Source of the DNA: Candidatus Lokiarchaeum ossiferum | GTDB taxonomy: Archaea > Asgardarchaeota > Lokiarchaeia > Sigyniarchaeales > Promethearchaeaceae | Assembly (NCBI GenBank): GCA_025839675.1 | Contig: CP104013.1 | Span: forward strand, 6,003,314-6,035,313 | Reading direction: 5' to 3' | Length of the DNA stretch: 32,000 nucleotides | Part shown: piece by piece, positions 26,123 to 32,000 of the stretch | How the letters are laid out: every line of letters starts with the position of its first letter | Numbering within the stretch: position 1 is the stretch's first letter | Notes under the pieces: model-generated | What the model saw: the letters and a program-made list of their open reading frames with translations, nothing else | Database searches by the model: none | What the model was told of the DNA's origin: nothing | Made by a program: the position numbers and the translations under genes

Positions 26123-27505
26123 TTAAGTTACTTGCTCATAAAATGCATCGTAAATGTCAAGAAATGTTGAAATGTGCTCTTCATTGCCATGAAGAATGCC
26201 AATCAGATTCTCTTCTTGACCAGCAAGTAATCTTTGTAAATTTTCTATATTTATAATATCGGATTGGACCGTTGCAAGTGGATATGTTCCTGTTTTTTGA
26301 TACATTCTTCCCCTTGCCAAGCGTAGGTAAAATCCTTCATATCCTTTGAGATAAAATTGAATCACAAAGTCTTCTGATTCCATAAATAGCCCGATATCTT
26401 CGGAAGAATTACATAGTGTGATAAAGTGTTTAATTTTTTGACTTATATCTGAGGGTAATTGCTGAAGAGGGCTATCTGGATCTTGTTGGCTTATCGTTTT
26501 TTGCTCTGAATTCCGAATTATTTGTGTTTGATGGGCCAATTCTTGAATTTTTGAAAGGGGGGTGGGTGCTGGTCGTTTTTTAGGGATTTCGTTTTCGATT
26601 GAAGGGTCATCTTGTAAAGGATCTGGAAGTAAAGAAATATCTATTTTTTCTTCATGGGGGCCATCTTTTTCATTAACAGTACCATTCTTTTCTAATTTTT
26701 CCTTCCTCGTTGCATCGGAAGAATTAATATCTTCAATTTTTAATAATTCAAATTGTTCATTCCACTTGGGAATTTTTTTCTTATATTCTCTAAATCCCGC
26801 TTTTCCACACGATGGGCAAATGGATAGATTTCGTTTTTCCGCCTTTACTAAGCATTGAGGGCAATAAATTTGTTTACACTTTTGATTGGAACAAATTAAA
26901 AGGATATTTGGCTCCTTATGGCAAGAAAAACATTTCTTTCCTATTGATCGGGAAAGAAACATAATATTATTGTCATAATTTGTCAAGAGCATGTCTGTAC
27001 GCTTATTTAACCACTTCTTTTCATTACAAAATGGACATCTCTTAAGATATTTTTTTGGCTTCTTAGGTTCTGTAGCGCAATCCAAACAAATTAATGCTTT
27101 ACATTTTTCACACTTGATATGAAATCCATGATGATGTCCGCTAAATATAAATTCTTCATCGGATCCCAAGAGTTTTCCACAAGTATGGCAATGTAAATTG
27201 ACTTCTTTCTCACAGTTTTCGCACACATAGTGATCTACTACATATGAGCGCTTTTCTGTGGATTGGTAGGCCGGACCATACGTTTGGACAAATGAACTTA
27301 AGCTTTTCCCATTGTATCTTTTTGTATGATAGCATGATTTGCAAAATTCATTTCCACAACTTTCACAAGTAAGTTTTGATTTAGGATCAACTTTATCTAT
27401 AGTGATGCCAACAAATTCAGCGATGAATTTTCGTGTAAATCGATTGAAATCTTTAATATCGGCTTTTGTTAAATAAGTACCGCAAATTAGACAAGTTTTT
27501 CCCAT
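26123..27505 (-). CDS. multi-zinc-ribbon / RING-IBR-like cysteine-rich protein with unassigned C-terminal domain
   Basis: 460 aa. The first ~240 aa contain 11 CxxC pairs (CLIC, CESC, CKSC, CENC, CHTC, CEKC, CLDC, CPFC, CFSC, CPQC, CPSC) plus CSNQKC and a His cluster (HHHGFH). Then a low-complexity P/E/Q linker and a ~110-aa globular C-terminal domain. Confidence 0.8.
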   Translation of the reverse strand: MGKTCLICGTYLTKADIKDFNRFTRKFIAEFVGITIDKVDPKSKLTCESCGNEFCKSCYHTKRYNGKSLSSFVQTYGPAYQSTEKRSYVVDHYVCENCEKEVNLHCHTCGKLLGSDEEFIFSGHHHGFHIKCEKCKALICLDCATEPKKPKKYLKRCPFCNEKKWLNKRTDMLLTNYDNNIMFLSRSIGKKCFSCHKEPNILLICSNQKCKQIYCPQCLVKAEKRNLSICPSCGKAGFREYKKKIPKWNEQFELLKIEDINSSDATRKEKLEKNGTVNEKDGPHEEKIDISLLPDPLQDDPSIENEIPKKRPAPTPLSKIQELAHQTQIIRNSEQKTISQQDPDSPLQQLPSDISQKIKHFITLCNSSEDIGLFMESEDFVIQFYLKGYEGFYLRLARGRMYQKTGTYPLATVQSDIINIENLQRLLAGQEENLIGILHGNEEHISTFLDIYDAFYEQVT

Positions 27506-27722
27506 TGTGACTCTCTTCTATTATTAAATATTATGTATGTCAGTTGCATATAAGCATACCGATTATTTTAGTCAAAATGAGAATTGCCTATAAATTTTCA
27601 AGGGGCCAATCCTTTACTTTGCAAAAATGATTAATCAAATTAATAATCAGCAGAAGAAGAATTTGTTTCTATCAAGATTGACAAAAAAGAGAATGGCTTG
27701 CATAGCCTCATTCTTTCTAGAT

Positions 27723-28373
27723 TTATTTATCGTAAAGTTGATAGAGCGTAGTGCGTCTTACTAATTCTGCAAAAAGGGGGTAAATATTATATTTTTTATC
27801 CCACAAGGCAATAGTTTCGTATACTATTGGATTCCAAATATTCAATTTATGATCTGGCGGATAAATGAGGTTGTTTTCATCCAGTATTTGATAAATTTCT
27901 TCTTTTCGCATAGTATTGGGGAGATCTTGTTTGTTGGCCATTATTAAAAGTGGAATTTTACTGATAAGGTCTTCTCCACATATATTTTTCAATTCCTTAA
28001 GAGAATTAATGTTGCGATCTCGGTTACTTCGTTGAGAATCAAATACTAAGATAATACCATCCGTTCCATAAAATATCTTCTTTCGGAGTGGAAAAAAGCG
28101 ATCTTGGCCTGCTACTGTATAGATGTGGTAAAAAAGATTCTTTTCGCTTTTGGATTGAAATACCCCTCTGTCAAAATAAAGAGTTGACCCATTTTCCATG
28201 GCTATTTTTTTGAAATCATTTATGGGTGTTAAATTTGATTCAGAATCCTCTTCTTTTGCCATTTTATGTAGGGTATCAACCGCAGTGGTTTTCCCAGACC
28301 CCGCGCATCCCCACAAGAGTAACTTTATGTAGACTTTTCCATCCTCATTTACATTAACCAAAGGTTTATTCAC
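27723..28373 (-). CDS. MglA-like small GTPase
   Basis: 216 aa with a GTG start. P-loop LLLWGCAGSGKTT. The G3 motif is the MglA-type YTVAGQDRF (Thr in place of the usual Asp; M. xanthus MglA has YTVPGQ). TDGIILVFDSQ and G4 ANKQDLPN align by eye along the whole of MglA. Confidence 0.9.
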   Translation of the reverse strand: MNKPLVNVNEDGKVYIKLLLWGCAGSGKTTAVDTLHKMAKEEDSESNLTPINDFKKIAMENGSTLYFDRGVFQSKSEKNLFYHIYTVAGQDRFFPLRKKIFYGTDGIILVFDSQRSNRDRNINSLKELKNICGEDLISKIPLLIMANKQDLPNTMRKEEIYQILDENNLIYPPDHKLNIWNPIVYETIALWDKKYNIYPLFAELVRRTTLYQLYDK

Positions 28374-28598
28374 ATCATTTCTGTATCGTGTTGTATAAAA
28401 GTAGTAGATCCTTAAACTATTTAAGCTATATTAATAACCGATACCATAAATTTGAAAAAATATCTCTATGCGAAATAACCTTAACAAAATTGGAAAATTT
28501 TATTAAATACAAATCAAGACCAATCTATCAAGTATGTAAGGTAATTTAATCCTCTTTGCAAATTATTTTATTTTGATCTGTATTTTCGCTTCCTTTCT

Positions 28599-29111
28599 CT
28601 ACCACATTATATCAAGAACGATATCGGCTAAAGTACTTTTAAATTTACGCAAAGATTCCATTTTCATAATTGAAGTTTCATAGGATAGAATTTTTCGATG
28701 GCGAATCTGAGACAATTGAAAAAAATCTCTTGCTTTTTTAAGATTTTGTTGAGATTCTAAGAGATCCATTTTATGGAAACAGAATATAAAAGGAACATTT
28801 CGAGTTAAAGGATTATCTAAAACTTTTTCAAATTCTCGTTTTGCTTCTTCAAATCGTGGCGAATCTAAAACGTCTAACACAAAAATATTAATCTTTGCTC
28901 GTTTGATGCCTTTTATCCAAACATCACGAAAGGAAACTTGTCCAGGAGCATCCCATATTTGGAAAACAATATTTTTTGTAATCAATTTAGTAATATTGAA
29001 GGATAAAGTAGGTTTTGTACCTTGAATCAATTTATCTTCTCTAATTGAAGAAATTAGTGCTGTCTTTCCTGCTTGATCAATTCCGAAAACAAAAATTTTA
29101 TGTTGCTCCAT
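28599..29111 (-). CDS. Arf/Arl/Sar-like small GTPase
   Basis: 170 aa. KIFVFGIDQAGKTALI corresponds to Arf1 RILMVGLDAAGKTTIL. PTLSFNITKLITKNIVFQIWDAPGQVSFRDVW corresponds to [32 protein letters not shown]. The G4 motif is degenerate (HKMD). LSQIRHRK corresponds to LHSLRHRN. Confidence 0.9.
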   Translation of the reverse strand: MEQHKIFVFGIDQAGKTALISSIREDKLIQGTKPTLSFNITKLITKNIVFQIWDAPGQVSFRDVWIKGIKRAKINIFVLDVLDSPRFEEAKREFEKVLDNPLTRNVPFIFCFHKMDLLESQQNLKKARDFFQLSQIRHRKILSYETSIMKMESLRKFKSTLADIVLDIMW

Positions 29112-29180
29112 TTTTTCTCACTCTTGAGTAATTAATGGGTCAATCATAGTTGAATTTGATGTTTCTCAGTTCCCAGTTAT

Positions 29181-29205
29181 AAAAAAAATGAAAATTGAAA
29201 AAAAA
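29181..29205 (-). terminator. two T8 runs (minus strand) downstream of the Kelch gene
   Basis: The minus strand reads ..cgtaTTTTTTTTcaattttcaTTTTTTTTataac, beginning 17 nt after the stop at 29222. This suggests the Kelch and Arf-like genes are separate transcription units. Confidence 0.4.
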
Positions 29206-29221
29206 TACGTAAAAAGTGCTT

Positions 29222-30328
29222 TTATCTCATCCGTTTCTTATATATAATGAGAGTAATTGCCACAAAAGTAACAGAAACCCCTATAGATATTAAAAAGAAT
29301 GGCAAGTTTACCTTCTTTACTTCTCGCCACAATTTCAAGTTTGTATTATAATACCATTGATCTCCAAACGGCTGGTTCATATCTTCTGGATTTCCTCCTC
29401 CAAATAGAAATATTTTATTAGAACTTTCTATGTAAACCATTTGATGAACCATCCTCATTTTCGGTTTGTTAAGGCGCTTCAATTCTGACCATGATTCAGT
29501 TCTACAATTGAATATCCAAGTAATCTCTTCTAAAAATGGATAACTCCCACTTCCACTAAAAAATACAATTTTATCATGCTTTTGATCAAAACACGCACCC
29601 ATCCAATATCGCTTGCTGGGACCTTTTTCATCAATAGGTATTTCCTGCCAGCTATTATTATTGGGGTTTAATATCCAAATGTCACAATAATCACTACTAT
29701 ATGGTCTTCCTCCTACTAAATACACCCGATCTAAATTAACACTGTACATTAAAGATGCACCATATCTACCCGAAGGTTTTGCGCCCGTTTGATTTAGTTG
29801 AGTCCATGAATCCGTAGAACAATTAAAACTCCATAAGTCTCCGAGCTTGGTATCAATTTGAAATCCCCCAAATAGCAATATCTGAAATCTTTTTTCATCA
29901 AATGTAAACCCTGCATCAGTACGGCTTGGTGGTGAACTTGATAGATTTAATTTTCTCCATAGATTGCTTTCCACAGAAAATTCCCACATTGCTGTTCCTG
30001 AATACAAAATCACTCGATTATTTGTAGAATCATATGCCATTCCATGATGGGAAGTAGGTCCGGGGTTAATATCTCCAGAAATTTCTTGCCACTTGTTTGT
30101 TTTACAATCAAATATCCATGTATCATCCAATACACCGTTACTAGATTGGTTTTCTCTTCCTCCAAATAGAAAGATTTGATCTGACTGCGAAAGATAGACC
30201 ATTGAATGAGCAGTTCTTGGACAAGGCAATGAATTCTGTTCTGCATTTGCAAAATTGATCTGAAAGTGCGGGAATGTTGATATTAAAATGAGTAAACTAA
30301 TTTCAATGCATATTTTATTCGACTTCAT
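29222..30328 (-). CDS. six-bladed Kelch-repeat beta-propeller, signal peptide plus C-terminal TM anchor
   Basis: 368 aa with signal peptide MKSNKICIEISLLILISTFPHFQINFANA. Six repeats of P.....H.MVY.....IFLFGG......DDTW.F.....W. C-terminal helix FFLISIGVSVTFVAITLIIY followed by KKRMR. Confidence 0.9.
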   Translation of the reverse strand: MKSNKICIEISLLILISTFPHFQINFANAEQNSLPCPRTAHSMVYLSQSDQIFLFGGRENQSSNGVLDDTWIFDCKTNKWQEISGDINPGPTSHHGMAYDSTNNRVILYSGTAMWEFSVESNLWRKLNLSSSPPSRTDAGFTFDEKRFQILLFGGFQIDTKLGDLWSFNCSTDSWTQLNQTGAKPSGRYGASLMYSVNLDRVYLVGGRPYSSDYCDIWILNPNNNSWQEIPIDEKGPSKRYWMGACFDQKHDKIVFFSGSGSYPFLEEITWIFNCRTESWSELKRLNKPKMRMVHQMVYIESSNKIFLFGGGNPEDMNQPFGDQWYYNTNLKLWREVKKVNLPFFLISIGVSVTFVAITLIIYKKRMR

Positions 30329-30616
30329 AATCTATAAAATCATATCATGTTTATAAGAAATATTTGCTTTCATCTTCGTTTCATTCCAAAAAAGATGAAC
30401 AATTTTTATATTTGGAAAAAAAACAAATTATTCTTATTTTTATAATCAAAAATGGATGAGTTAATGAACCTTTTCTTAAGGAAAGATGATTTTATTTAGA
30501 ATTGAATCGTTCTCGGATGTCTCTTGTTATTCATTTGTCATGAACTTGTACTTTAATTTCATTAAGGATTTTTAACAGAATAGAAGAAAAAAGAATGACA
30601 TATATTTGAATCTAGT

Positions 30617-31741
30617 TTATTCTTGTCGTCTCCATTCTTCGCCACATTCACCGCAGATAAACTTTTTTCCATAAATCAATGGGTAATCCATTATAATATT
30701 GGTTCGATCCTCTACCTCGCGCATTAAGTTCGGTTTAATGTTACCGCATTTTGGACATTGATTTCTTCCTTCCCCAGTTTGAATTTTAATAGCATTTTTC
30801 TCGGCTTCTTCTTTGGCTTTACGATCGGCTTCTTCTTTAGCTTTGCGATCGGCTTCTTCTTTAGCTTTACGATCGGCTTCTTCTTTGGCTTTACGATCGG
30901 CTTCTTCTTTGGCTTTACGATCGGCTTCTTCTTTAGCTTTACGATCGGCTTCTTCTTTAGCTTTACGATCGGCTTCTTCTTTGGCTTTACGATCGGCTTC
31001 TTCTTTAGCTTTACGATCTGCTTCTTCTTTAGCTTTACGATCGGCTTCTTCTTTGGCTTTACGATCGGCTTCTTCTTTGGCTTTACGATCGGCTTCTTCT
31101 TTGGCTTTACGATCGGCTTCTTCTTTAGCTTTACGATCGGCTTCTTCTTTAGCTTTACGATCGGCTTCTTCTTTGGCTTTACGATCGGCTTCTTCTTTAG
31201 CTTTACGATCTGCTTCTTCTTTAGCTTTACGATCGGCTTCTTCTTTGGCTTTACGATCGGCTTCTTCTTTGGCTTTACGATCGGCTTCTTCTTTAGCTTT
31301 ACGATCGGCTTCTTCTTTGGCTTTACGATCGGCTTCTTCTTTAGCTTTACGATCGGCTTCTTCTTTGGCTTTACGATCGGCTTCTTCTTTAGCTTTACGA
31401 TCGGCTTCTTCTTTGGCTTTACGATCCGCTTCTTCAAAATGGGGTTGACAATCGGAAATCATCTTTTCTGCGTATATTATTCCATCATTCCATTTCTGCC
31501 TAAGACAAATCTGTTTAGATCTTCTGAATAAATCTGCAGCCAATTTCCATTTTTGCTGACTATAGGCCATTTTTCCCTTTTCAACAATCATAAAATTAAT
31601 TTTTCCCATTAACTCGGCGAATTCTTTGTTCGCATTTTCGATATTAGTCCTAAATTGGTGTAATTCAGGGAGTTCCATTTCTGGCGAATAATTTAATTGT
31701 TTTAAATAAAGGTTGAAAATTTCTTTGATCGGACTTTCCAT
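30617..31741 (-). CDS. protein with N-terminal helical domain, (EEADRKAK)x26 charged repeat and C-terminal zinc ribbon
   Basis: 374 aa made of a 102-aa N-terminal domain, 208 aa of perfect octad repeat, and a 64-aa C-terminus with CPKCGN-x29-CGECG. This frame is chosen because it alone connects non-repetitive ORF sequence on both sides of the repeat. Confidence 0.85.
   Translation of the reverse strand: MESPIKEIFNLYLKQLNYSPEMELPELHQFRTNIENANKEFAELMGKINFMIVEKGKMAYSQQKWKLAADLFRRSKQICLRQKWNDGIIYAEKMISDCQPHFEEADRKAKEEADRKAKEEADRKAKEEADRKAKEEADRKAKEEADRKAKEEADRKAKEEADRKAKEEADRKAKEEADRKAKEEADRKAKEEADRKAKEEADRKAKEEADRKAKEEADRKAKEEADRKAKEEADRKAKEEADRKAKEEADRKAKEEADRKAKEEADRKAKEEADRKAKEEADRKAKEEADRKAKEEADRKAKEEADRKAKEEAEKNAIKIQTGEGRNQCPKCGNIKPNLMREVEDRTNIIMDYPLIYGKKFICGECGEEWRRQE
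30812..31435 (-). repeat. 24-bp tandem repeat x 26 (624 bp), coding
   Basis: The unit on the + strand is tttRgctttacgatcggcttcttc. The variants are R = g or a, one acg>gcg, two ggc>tgc and one ggc>cgc. A 192-bp (8-unit) higher-order duplication is marked by gatctg at 31015 and 31207. Confidence 0.98.
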
Positions 31742-32000
31742 ATTACATTCATTCGTTTATGAGTTTATAAAATTTTTAGGTGGTTTTATCACTATCGAGA
31801 TTTACTGAGATCAATCAAATAAGAAATTTCAAAGTTATAATTTCAAGGTAATAGGAAACGATAAAATTTTTTCTATTTTTTTTAACAAATTTCATATATT
31901 CTTGATAATCGACAATAATTTTTCAGCCGTAAGGCTTATATGCAATGTTGCAGAATTGCGACGTTGTAGCGATTAATTTAAATTTTACGCCCGTTGACTG

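Noticed and set aside
22636-26858. ORFs 22636..22848 (+), 24771..24995 (-) and 26562..26858 (+).
   Set aside because: They are antisense to the MDR gene, the polytopic membrane protein start region and the zinc-ribbon gene respectively. None has motifs.
30010-30252. ORF 30010..30252 (-) inside the Kelch gene.
   Set aside because: It is an alternate frame of a CDS with six clear Kelch repeats.
30812-31435. The regular short repeat array could be mistaken for a CRISPR array.
   Set aside because: The units are directly contiguous (24 bp with no spacers), lie inside an ORF, and no cas genes are nearby.
30724-31531. Three long ORFs in other frames or on the other strand across the 24-bp repeat: KKKPIVK repeats on the minus strand, and GFFF(S/G)FTI and LALRSASS repeats on the plus strand.
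   Set aside because: Any frame of a perfect 24-bp repeat stays open, so these are artefacts. Only the EEADRKAK frame continues into non-repetitive coding sequence on both sides. The synonymous-only variation also holds only in that frame; the others show P/L, P/Q and V/A changes.
31921-32000. A slightly GC-richer stretch at the window edge (gccgtaaggc hairpin, ..gcgacgttgtagcg..), considered as the start of an RNA gene.
   Set aside because: I could not fold it into a tRNA or another recognisable RNA, and it is truncated by the window end.

Overview
This is an AT-rich window (about one third GC by eye). It is gene-dense and looks archaeal. I infer an Asgard (Lokiarchaeia-like) source from three things seen together: two tandem histone-fold genes, eukaryote-like signature proteins, and the low GC. 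I could not run any search, so this is not proven. The eukaryote-like proteins are an Arf-like GTPase, an MglA-like GTPase, a Kelch propeller, an LRR protein and RING/ZZ-like zinc fingers.

I see no rRNA, tRNA, CRISPR array or clear transposase. Housekeeping-type genes:
- an ABC ATPase with the start of its permease
- a flavodoxin-like (iron-sulfur) flavoprotein
- a GNAT acetyltransferase
- two tandem MDR/quinone-oxidoreductase paralogs

Three accessory regions stand out.
1. 5.4-6.9 kb: a protein combining a TIR-like N-terminal domain with nine 23-residue LRRs.
2. 7.7-17.5 kb: a cell-surface island.
   - Two divergently transcribed giant secreted proteins, 1139 aa (LamG-like domains plus thrombospondin-type-3-like Ca-binding linkers) and 1445 aa (four ~918-bp LamG+FN3 modules).
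   - A membrane protein and a multi-wHTH regulator.
   - A 14-bp motif that sits in front of both giant genes as a perfect inverted pair and recurs at 17.77 kb.
3. 26.1-31.7 kb: a same-strand cluster of five genes.
   - A multi-zinc-ribbon protein, an MglA-like GTPase, an Arf-like GTPase and a membrane-anchored Kelch propeller.
   - A protein whose centre is 26 perfect copies of EEADRKAK, encoded by a 24-bp tandem repeat with only synonymous variation. I predict it forms a single alpha-helix spacer.

I also found a GC-rich ~30-47-nt element present three times in noncoding gaps. All functional calls rest on motifs read by eye. Coordinates of starts are best guesses.
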